In this document: in pieces, positions 28,301 through 39,827 of the stretch
Numbering within the stretch: the stretch's first letter is position 1
Layout of the letters: every line of letters begins with the position of its first letter
NCBI RefSeq assembly: GCF_000150275.1
Contig: NW_002060944.1
Span: forward strand, 1,908,911 to 1,972,910
DNA: 64,000 nucleotides
DNA from: Trichoplax adhaerens
Lineage: Eukaryota; Animalia; Placozoa
Direction: 5' to 3'
Position numbers and translations under genes: made by a program
The notes under the pieces: generated by a model
What the model was told of the DNA's origin: nothing
Seen by the model: the letters and a program-made list of their open reading frames with translations, nothing else
Databases searched by the model: none

Positions 28301-31300
28301 TCAATGGTTTCCTGCTAGTATTTGCTTGTTATAAGAAGGACTCTTTAAATAGCTTTGGTTAGAACCTTTACTGCTAGATTTTAATAGCGAGTCTAGAAGT
28401 TGTCCAATTCTCTTTAATCTAGATCCAAATTAATGAATATTAGCTTTCTTAGATTTTTTTTCTTTGCTGTAAAATTTAGTTCTTACTGTTGCTTGTGATT
28501 AGACAGTTCTTCCTGAATATCGCGCAGTTGTTCAGATTGTTTTTCGAACGATTCTGCTTTATGTTTCTCCGTTGTTACGCCTTCATGTAACATTGTTTCT
28601 AGCTAATAAATAACATTGGCGTTACTTTTTAGAATGGAATCTATTCACAGAAGCAACAAAATCTGGATACAGAGAAAATGCTTCTTACACCTACCACAGC
28701 CCAGAAACGATTTTGATGATGTATTGCATTTTCTACATGACAGTATTTTCGAAATCTGTACGGAAATGATCGTTCTAAGTCATCGAGAAATTCAACCTGA
28801 ATTGTAAGCCTTTTCAGGCTAGCTTCTTTTTGCACTCTATCTATGTCCCCAATAGCTAGGCCAATCTTAAAAAAATTATGCACGTAGTAACATATAGTTA
28901 TACAGCTTTTTTAATTGAAACTTGTCCGTGGAAAACGAAACTTACCATCAAATTCATTACCAGTATTGGCATTAAAAACATGAAAACGACAAGCATAATC
29001 AGAACCATGATACCATGAGGATATTTTATTCTACCGCTCTCAATTCCATCAATAAACACACTACGATAGTCAATTTCCCCGATCATCATATCAAGGACTT
29101 TGATCCATGCAATTGGAACATTGAAAAGGACACTCTGCAAATTATCGTATTCTTTAAATTTCAATATTAACATGAGATAACATTACCGGTATTGTTAATA
29201 CCTCATTCGGTGCAAGCATATAAAAACTAAGAGCAAATCCTTGAATTAGAGAGAATACCACTAGAACAACCTATATGCATAAAGATTTGTTTTCTGTTAC
29301 GTTTAGAGATCCATTATAATTTCAAGTTAACGCTCATCAGTAAATTCTTACCTTCAAGATAGTTATAAGCATGGATTTTAACATTAGTACGTAAATTCCA
29401 AATATTTCCATTCTGCATAATAAAATAATTTCACATTAATGGCTTCCCTATGAAATTGTTGTCATAATATAGATTTTTTAAAGCACCTTTGAAATTGCAT
29501 TACAAGGGCGAAATACGCTAAAAAGATGGTTATGCTTCCAACAGTCCATTGAACGTAATCGTTTGCATGATTCATAGAGGACATAAAGAATATTGCGCTA
29601 CCGTAAAGTAAAAGTTCAAAATAGCTACCTAAAGAAGCGAAATAGCGAAGTCGCTTTATCGCGAAAAGTGAATGAATTGTTGATTAGAATTTCTACAGCA
29701 TCGGGTACAAATACATTCATGACAGTTTCTCACCTGGCGCATCATCTGGTAAACTTCCTTAGTTAAATTAACAGATGCTAGGATTATGACCAGAATTCGA
29801 TAGCCATTACTTCTCTAATTTATTTTTTAAAGAAAACATAACTCGATGCATTAATAGATTCCACGAATTTTTAAATTATGTAATCGCTAAAGATCCCGTA
29901 ATTTATCCAAACTACGAAACATAGTGACAGTATCTAACAGTTGCTGCTCAACCAACCTGTTTATCCAGCTCGTAATCGGTAACATTTTGAGACGATCGAT
30001 TTACATCAAGGGGATTAATTAATCCAATAAATTTACCGTTTTGGTACCGAAGTTCAGGAGGTGGTTGAATGTTCAAAATGTATGAAGTTAGGCCAAATAC
30101 AAAGAGCAGGTATAAAACAAGATTCAAATAAAATACGTATGAACCAATTCGATTCCTATGTACGGGATTGTGAACGATTAATTGTTAAAAAATAATTCTT
30201 CTGTTATTGAAAAGCTCATAATTCCTACCATTTTACATCTAGTAACTTTTTCGTTAATTCATGTTTTAGCAAGTTGGTTCTTTTATAGTGTATCATTGTC
30301 TTTTTGTATATAAAACAAATTTTGTCGTTCATATGTCTGTAATGAGAATCTAGATCATGAGAGCACTTAAAAATTAATCGTAGACCTGTAAAGCATTATT
30401 ATTCAGGTAGATGCCGTCCTTTCTGTGTTCGAGTTCGAAACTTGGTCCAGGATCTAGCAAGGTAAAATCATAACTGACCTAGATTGAATGTTTTAGAATA
30501 AAAGTAGATATAATATTATTATACTACTATTAATAAATGGAGTTGCGCTTTTACAAGGAATAAGGCATTTATTTACATGTTTGTTTGTGGATTTTGGATC
30601 TTCAACTATGTCATGCTGTATACAGGAACTCATAACAGTCTAATTTTATAACATAGAACAGTGGACAAGTAGATAAATAAAATCTCTTTTAATTAATTGG
30701 GGACAATTGCTGTTAAAATAGTTCATAAATAGGCGCTATTTTACCATACTCATCCCGTATATTAATACCCTACCTCCGCAACTTCTGGAAGTTTTCTAAT
30801 CAAGTTTTGCATCACAGTTCTTCCTTGCTCATCAACTCTCCTCATGATTAGATCACGTTTTCCTCTAAAAAAGTTTCGTACAAAGGTTATGGATAATGTC
30901 ATCTAACCTGAATGCTTTCATCATATCAGCATATTGTGCTTCAAAATTATATTAATATTATTTAGAATATGAAGTTCTTACTGTTTGTGAGTCACTATAA
31001 CCATTGCAGCATCTTTTCTCATATTTTCAATGGCTATATCTAAGCAAGTCCTATCTTCATTATTTACAAAACTGACTTCAGCGCCGTGATCCAATAATAA
31101 CTTGATAGAATTTGCATGTCCTGTTGCCGCTGCAATGTGCAATGCAGTTTCCTACCCGAAGAGCGATAAGACATATTAAACAACCCAGTGTAATTGCAAC
31201 TAACTAAACTATAATGATAGGATTTACTCCATGAAAATTTATCGAGTTCACGGACGCTCTACTATTCAATAGGCATTCCAGAATTTCTTGGTGTCCCTTA

Positions 31301-34300
31301 CTGGCTGCTATTTCTAACGGCGTTAGGTAGCTACCATCCCTTTAAGGAAATATTGGAAGACTTACGAATACAGAAAATTGGTAAAAAGCACGTATTTTCA
31401 TACCTTTTTTCAGTTTCAGCGCCATTTTCAAGTAGTGTTTTAACGACAGTAGAGTGGCCGTAAGAAACCGCTATATGGAGAGGTGTTCTAGAACGCTCAC
31501 CTAAGCTATTTAGCAATGAAGGTGATACTTTGCAGAGTAATTCTACTGTTTGCGTATTTACTGCACCTCTATTTAGAGAAAAATTTAAAATTGGTATTTC
31601 TAATATATGCGTATAAACGTTTATGGATAAAATCAGAGAATGTACAGCACCTGCACGCCAAATGTAATGGAGTGTTGTCGTCACCATCATTTAATTCTAG
31701 TTGAGCACCATTCTCTATCAAAATTTCTGCTATCTGTGTTAATCAAACCATAATCGATATAAGTAGTTTACTGAGTGGTACAATCGATCTAAATAGAATG
31801 TAGAAATTTTTCTTATACATTCGTACATGCATATGTGCAATAATTAGACTATGTATACGTAACGTTATAAAACCCTTCTTCTGCAGCATAATGAAGTGGA
31901 GTTCTGTCGTATGTATCGACTTCATTTATAAAAATTTTTCCCCCTTCCTGTAAGTAGATATATTCATAGATTTACTGTATCTATCTCGAAATAGAAAGGA
32001 TTGCATATATAATATTAATATTACGTTAAGTAAAAATGTTAGAACTTCATGATGACAACATTCTGCTGCCATGTGCAAGCATGATTTGTTCTGGTCATCA
32101 TATATGTCAACTTTGGCGTGATATTGTAATAAGAACTTAGCAGCTTCTAAGTGGCCTTTCTCAACGGCAAACAGTAAAGGAGTTCTTCTTCTACTGTCCG
32201 TACTATTTATATCCGCTCCCTACGTAGAGAGATCGATAAATCATGATAGTTAGTATAAATAAAATATCTATCTATCTATAAATTATTTATATATATGCAT
32301 GTTACATCAACGATATTCTGGAAACATACTGATTTTTCTATGCTTACAGATTGCATCAATATGATCATTACTGCGGTGTGTCCAAACGATGCCGCTAAAT
32401 GTAACGGTGTCCGGTATTGAAAGTCACGAGCATCCACAGGGGCGTGATGTTGTATCAGGGCTTCCACGACATCAGGATAGCCGTTTGAAGCTGCTATATG
32501 CAATGCTGTTAGTCCATCTCTCTGTACCAATTTCGGGCAATCATGATAAATTTTTAGTATATTAAAACGTCATATTTACGATGAAAAATGATAAACTAAG
32601 ATACATGCATTATCGATAGATAGTGCTAGGCTGCTAGCTAATATTAAAAAAGGTAAATTTAAAAATATGATTCAGACAACCTGAATTGCTGTGATATCTG
32701 CTCCATTGCGAACACACATTTCTACCGCCTAATTTGGTTTAAATTACAATGTATACTAATTAGTAATTGCTTATATGCTCATACCTGAGCGATAAAGAAA
32801 TACGCATCGACTATTTAAATCACGGATGCTACAAACCTGTTTATATCCACCTTGTGCCGCTCGATGTAAGGGTGTTCGTCGTTCATTATCTCTATCGTTG
32901 ATCTGGTCAATGTACTTTCTACGTTTATTATTAGCGCTATCAAGTAATAAGCCAATTACTTCAGTTGCACCTCTGGATGCGGCGAAATGTATAGGTGCGC
33001 CTCCATCAATGGATTTCTTGATCAGACTTGCACCATGTTTTATCTAAGAGTAATTAATTAGGGCTGCTTAGTAATACTAGTAAGTATACTATCTATATAG
33101 CCGTTTGGTCTACCTACATGACCATGTTAGTTTTTTCTTTATACATAAATAAATGAAACCTTTTTCAACTTTTGACGATACTTTTTTATACTAATTAGTA
33201 CAAATGTGAAATTTTACTGGATGAAAAACATACGCACCAGCAACTTGCATACATTATTTCGATCTCTCATGCATGACACATGGAGAGGCGTCATGAGGTC
33301 ATTGTCTGTATAATTCACCAAAGCAGGGTCTATTCTTAGTATTAGCTAGTGATAACAGAAGCCATTGTGATCTCAATACATTGTACTATATTATTATGGA
33401 TGATTTCGACCTGAAAGTAATAAGTAGTACCTCGCACATACGAACGTGCCCAAATTTACTCGCTTCATGAAGTGTTGTGTTTCCGTCAACATCTTGTAAA
33501 TCCACTTTTGCCCCGCAGCTAATTAAAACTTCAAACGCGGCGAGAGAGTTATGTTTAGCGGCGATTGATATAGGTGGGATTGAATCATAGCCTGGGATGT
33601 TGACATCTAAGATTTGAAAATTTTAATCAAGCAGCAAAACTGTAATTTTTTTACGAATTATTTATATAATCTATCACATTCAAAATACACAACTAAAGAG
33701 ACTTGAATTATATGATAAATCAGTACCGGCTCCATGGTCGACTAGACTCCTTATTATTTCCACCCTATTATATTTAGCAGCGTAGTGCAGCGGAGATAGC
33801 TTGTGTTCATCCAATCGGTTACATGCATTCTTATCTTTATTGTATACGAAGTATTCTTGTATAACTGAAACATCCCCAAATTTTGCTGCCTAAATTGGAA
33901 TAGTTTAATGATTGGATTGTACTGTTTAATATTTTACAGTGACTTTTTTGAGCAAACACAATACAGCTACTGTACTTGGTCTAAACTAATATCTGCAGTT
34001 AATGAAGTCTATTATCACAGTATAACATAAAACAGATTATTGCCATAAAATCAATAATAATAAAAATACGAATTGAGAGGCAAGCATAGTGCTGTTAGTT
34101 TTATTTATGAATCCGATAAACTAAACTTACAGTGGTCATAATAATTACACGTATTATTAGATTTAAAATTTGACGTGAAAATTTTAAAACTATTTCCTTG
34201 ACAATTATACCGTATTTTCGTACTGGCTTATCAGATATTCATTAATTTAAATGCCTAAATTCTGTATTAGCTTACCCAAAAGAGGTCAAGATTAAGGTTT

Positions 34301-34582
34301 GTTGTCGATCTCGCATTAGGGATCTCGCTATTTTCGTATTCTTCCTGTGTTTTAATCCAAAAGACAACCGAATTGGTATAATTTTGAAAAATTCACAGAT
34401 CATACATTGTCATGATCTGTGAATTTACTGACAGTGTAATACACAGATGCTACAAGTATATTTGTACCAGCTTTCATAAGAATACTTACGTTGATTTTAT
34501 CATTTGGCGGAGTGGGTCTTACTGGAAAACTCCGGGGAAACAATGTCAAGCTGTTTTTTCTGAAATTTCTTCGTTCCAACAT
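28301..34582 (-). CDS. TRPA1: TRPA1-like channel, about 17 ankyrin repeats plus 6TM, more than 25 exons
   Basis: Ankyrin repeats (SPLHYAA, TPLHRAA, TALHIAA, TPLHLAA...), pre-S1 LLKHELTKKLLDVKW, pore MMIGEIDYRSVF, S6 FMFLMPILVMNLMIGLAIGDI..VQKEASLKRL; the termini are less certain. Confidence 0.92.
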
Positions 34583-37500
34583 TTGTAACTTCACTCGCAC
34601 AAGCAATTTTGTTATGTTAACTTTATTTGTACGGGTATTTCTAACGACTCAATGAGGCTTTAATACAACTGCAAACAATAGTATATTTCAATGGCCGTTA
34701 CGAATTTATTCATATATTCACCGTTGCAGTAAATTAAGCTGCAGCTGTTTATGGGTCTGTTAATATTATTTCATATACTACAGTTGTATATCATATTATA
34801 GTCTACTCAATAGAATTTAAGGATGCAAAAGTAAGGTTACATGGTTATGGATACAATATAAATAGATTAATTAACATCGTTACAAGCAGCAGTAATAATA
34901 GTGAAGTAGGATTTCGTACTATATCTTCATATTACGAATCACAATCTACAGTGCCTCATGCCTTGTATTTAACATGATTGTGTGACGCGATATTTCTACT
35001 TGTGACGACAAAAGAAAAAATGAACAATGTACTATGATTAATTTTGAATAGAAATCTATTCGAAATAGAAATCGCTCTATTGTTATGATTTTTTACGAAT
35101 ATATTATTGATTTTTTAATGCAAATAAAAAACTCTAGACGTTGCAACATCCTGCGCTATCTGCGTCACTAAACTTTAATCATTTGAAAATAATTGCTATT
35201 TTATTCAAAAAGAATCTTTCAAACTCCACTTCAGGGAAACCATTTGATATTTAACGACGATCTTACTCCCTAAACATAGTGCAGTACAAGTTTACTACAC
35301 AAGAAAATTAGCACGATTGTTACTTATGCTGCGTATGAAACAATATTTCACAGTCGATTTCGTCCTAATATTAGTACAATATATTCTTAAGAAACGCAGA
35401 AACTATTCTTTTTGTATTTTAATTCCGTGGTAGAGGCTCTCTCCAACTCATAATAAGTTCGGGCACCGTACTTAGCTAAGTTAGACGAATACCCACTACA
35501 GTATAACGTATTCATAGGTATTACGCTGATTTTCTAAGTGTTGTAGAACTTATTTGTAACCCATTGTGTGAACCTATCCGTCATACCTATTGTATTTTGG
35601 CTAGTGGACAGTATGCACTAGTATATGCGAACCGGTATTTGCTATTAGAATAGTTATAATTTTTTAAGTATGCAATAAAAAGATTTGTAAGAAGCGGTTG
35701 TATCTGTAAATTTTCGGTAGATGTAAACGTACCAGATTAGGTTAAAGTCCTTGCTGGTACAATAATACACTTATTTGAAGTCCGCAAAATCACGATAGCT
35801 GTATCATTTCTACCTAAACATAGTGAGAGCCTAATAAGTAGAAATTTCAATTTTGATGAATTCTGGACAAGTAATGAAAATTTATACCTAAAATAATGTA
35901 TTTGAGTGCCATCCTACAAGTTTTATACGTGAAGTAGTTTATTACAGTCATTGAAGACAACATTTTACGTGAGAGACTGTACATTGTACAGTACAGTACT
36001 CATATATGCTCCGCAATACTGTACTGTACACTGTACAGTTTACAGTAGGGATTAACTGTAACACTCACCAATTGATTTAATCAAAAAATCTCTTGATGAG
36101 CTACTGTATATACTGTATTATGATCATCGAAAAATTAAAAATTGTTTTTCATTTCCTTTGTTGCTTAGTAATTTATAAACTATATGTTAATATTACATTG
36201 CATACTATTTGGTTTGAACTTTGAAGGCATTCCCAAATTTTAATATTGTTTTGCCGGCACAGGCACACTAAATCGTGCTCAAGCAAGCACAAGAAAGGCA
36301 CTAAGGGCCATGCTACAATTTTTGCAAAATTTTGTATTTTTGTGATTCCTTTTTTTCCTTTAGTTGATAGTGTCAGTGATCAGTTTCTAGATGGCAACCT
36401 TTATGGCTGGTAATCTCACTAAGTAACTACGATATTGAACGATGATGATAAGATTAGCAATATAAGGGATGGATCAAGCTAGGCCATTACATTAACAGAC
36501 ATAGGTATCGTATAAATTGCCGTACGTATGAGCTTCAGGCAAGCCCTAAAATTCGCTAATGCCCAAATCATTAATTAACCCATATGAATTTATTGCCTTT
36601 ATATCTTTTATATATACGCGTCCAAAAAAAGAAATCGAATTGAATAATAAGTTCAAACTTCATTTGTAAAATGATCCGAGATATTTTTAATGTAGGGCCT
36701 AACCCAAATTCGACAAAGTCTGGCCTAAATATTAATAAGGTCATGTAATCGTAACGTTTAGCAACGATTTGGCCATTGATCAACTTCGCTTCCTTTCTCT
36801 AATAACTCATATAAATCAAAAACTGAATGTACTGTTTTATTTCAGCGGTCCCTAACTGTTTACTAAGTTTACGATGCAACTCCATAAAATTTTGTCTCTA
36901 ACTCTCTGATCTCTACAGTTAGTGCAGAACTCCAGCGAACCTTTCATAATTCGCAACTTTTTTACCTTCGTCTGTGCGGAGTTACACAAAACTTAAGCCC
37001 TATAATTAATTGTCTTATTCCCTAGATCTAAATTTATATTTGAAACCCGTAGAGAATTTACTGTAATAGGATGTTACCTATGACTGTGTGAACTTACAGG
37101 ATGCATGTTATTAATTCCTTGATGTCCTTCGGACATACCTCGAATGCTGTTTTCACAACCATAACAGTAATGAAAAATCTATGTCTATGTGACTAGTTTG
37201 ACTTTTGGGTTTTGTGAGTCCAATTTGTATGTAGGAGGCTAACTAGTGATACGGAAAAAGTGTATTTTGGCAGCAAAAAATTTTAAAGAGATATTTTGCC
37301 ACAAGTTTACTGTAATAACTCTATTCCCGTGTCTGTTCTATTAGTCAATACCGATTTTAATTCGCAGTCAATGGTTTTGCATATTACTGTATATAGTATG
37401 TACAGTACAGTACACGACTATTGCTACGGCAGTGTACTGCACAGTGCACAGTACTGTACGACTACGTGCAAAGAGTTTTAATTTAATTTAATTAATTAAT

Positions 37501-37586
37501 TAATCTTAATAAAAGATTATTTTTCTTTCAAGTACAGTACTGTACTGTACACACAGTAATGGACTACTAAATAAATTAATTATATA

Positions 37587-38665
37587 CTAGTCCAAACTCC
37601 CATCACTTTGCTGACGGTTTACGATAATGTACCCATTTATTAATAATTAACAGATAGTATTACCATTCGACATTATATATATCCCGGTAATAGCCGGGCA
37701 CTACTATATTTAAAACAGATAGATTTAATGTACGTACTGATCGTGCATTTCCACGTTGCGCACTTCGCTTTCGCCTATCAGATCGCTGACTAACTGACAT
37801 TATCCTCTTAGAAACACTTTTTGTTATATGATATATAGCAATCAAAAATAACCCGGTACAGGGGAACTACAGTAGGGTAACACTTCGAAATGCATGAGAG
37901 CAATAGAACTAATAGTACCTACTAATGTGTATCAATCACTTATACAGTACCTTCTCAATAATATTTACATAAACCCTAGAGATCATTCATTTCTATACCA
38001 ATTCAAATTTCCTTAAGTAACTTTCGTATTAGTATGTTTACCGAATAAGGATGGTTACTATATACAGTATTAATGCTATGTTAAGGTTGGTAAGCGAAAC
38101 TGTCAAATATACGTTTATGCTCAATTTGTTAATAAAAAAATTAACAGATAGTATTATCATTCGATATTATATATATCCCGGCAATAGTAATGTACTATGC
38201 TATATTAAGATTAGTTAATAATCCAAAGCGCATTATGATAACTAATGTACGGTGATGGACATACTGTACCAAGTTAAGATTAGCAGGTACTGTAAGATAT
38301 CTACAGTACAGTGCGGTACAATGTCCTTAGTACTGTGGTCAATTCTATACCAATCATTATAATGTGTCTAAGGATCGCTTGAGTATGCAAACAAAGCTTG
38401 CTCTGTCGATAACAACCGTTATAAGAAAACGTAACAATGAAAATGGCTGTGTAGAAAACTCTATAAAAATTCTATGTTTATTCAATTTTCATCAGAGTAT
38501 TACATGAAATCAAAATTTAAAGGCTCAGTGGCCACCCTTAGCGATATAACGAATACTATTTCAAAAATCAGTACTCTGCAGAAATTTCTGCCTTAGAGCT
38601 ATTCGTTTTACATGAAGAAATCTTAAGGTAAAAAGTACTGTAAGAATCTTATACTGACTTATTGA
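37587..38665 (-). mobile_element. Non-autonomous Helitron copy B, interrupted, with internal partial duplication at about 38120-38190
   Basis: Homologous to 3247-3875; minus-strand end ccgtcagcaaagtgatgggagtttggaCTAG|t. Confidence 0.72.
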
Positions 38666-38744
38666 AATGAACCCATAATCAGAGTCATCTAACAGTATTA
38701 TAAAAAACCCCCCCGCGCTCCTCGTTTTAAAGAAGGGTGGGTTG

Positions 38745-39135
38745 GATTATACAGTACAACATACGGTACTGTACAGTACTGTGAATGAGGAAATATACTG
38801 TACTGTACGGTACAGGACAATACCAGGGACTTCTAATAAGACGACAACGTACAGTACAGTATTAGTTTTAGAAGTCCTGACAATACCCAGTACAGTACAG
38901 TACTTGTACATGTGTACTGTACAGAATAACCAAACCATCGACAGGGGTACGGTACAGTAATCAGTTAGTAATGAATCATGATTGCTAAATATTAAGAGAG
39001 AGATAAATACGCAGTACAGTATGCGATTTTCCTATCGCATACTGTACTGCGTATTTACTGTACTGTACAGTACAGTACAGTACATGAAAGCAAGATTGAA
39101 AATTTTAATAATTTTAAATACTGTACTGTATGTAC
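38745..39135. repeat. TACAG/CTGTA array upstream of the PLXDC-like gene (further patches at 35975-36120 and 37385-37560 toward TRPA1)
   Basis: tactgtactgtacagtacagtacagtac; includes a perfect 24-bp inverted repeat. Confidence 0.8.
38816..38887. mobile_element. 54-bp micro-MITE flanked by a 9-bp direct repeat
   Basis: GACAATACC agggacttctaa...ttagaagtcct GACAATACC. Confidence 0.6.
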
Positions 39136-39827
39136 GTCAAGTTTAACGATTGAGGGGTCTACTATTAATAATAATAATAAGGGAAAATTATTATAATAAT
39201 AATATTATAATAATACTACTACGCCGATATCAAGAAAGACACTTTAGATGGTTACCGTAAACTCTCTATGAGTTTCAATGTTCACGGAATATTAATTATT
39301 GAAAGTCTGGAAAAATCATCAGTGAGTGTTTCTTTAAGAGATATGTACCTCTTCAAGCCTGTGGCTTTTTACTGTTCTGTATTTATACAATCATTTAATT
39401 TTCTATCATTAATTAATTATTTGTCAGATCTTTGTAAATCAAATCTCGAAGATCAAGCTGCTGTCGCCTACTTGATCTTTTAAGCTGTTCATAATTATTA
39501 GTTGGCAGTACAAAATTGTGTAAGATTCGTATTGAGCAATGTCGACGTAATTTATGCTAAAGATTTAAACAGTAAATACAATTAAACCATACTAATCGTC
39601 GACTATCCTTTTAAATCCATTTATATACATATTTTAAATCGTAATTATTGTTTCGCGTAGTTGTGAAATTCAAATTCAAATACGCATGCAAATTTTCATT
39701 CTTTGACCTGGTAAATGAACTTTCCGCCCTCTAAAGACTGCGAATCAGTACGAATACGGAATACTCGGAATTTAGTGCAGGTATAAGTCCAACTTCATTA
39801 CCAGATTCTGTTACGTTGAGTAGTAAC

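Noticed and set aside
36571-36960. Minus-strand ORF fragments with SAM-like LGPTLKI
   Set aside because: Short, interrupted, no consistent splice model; may be a relic but unsupported
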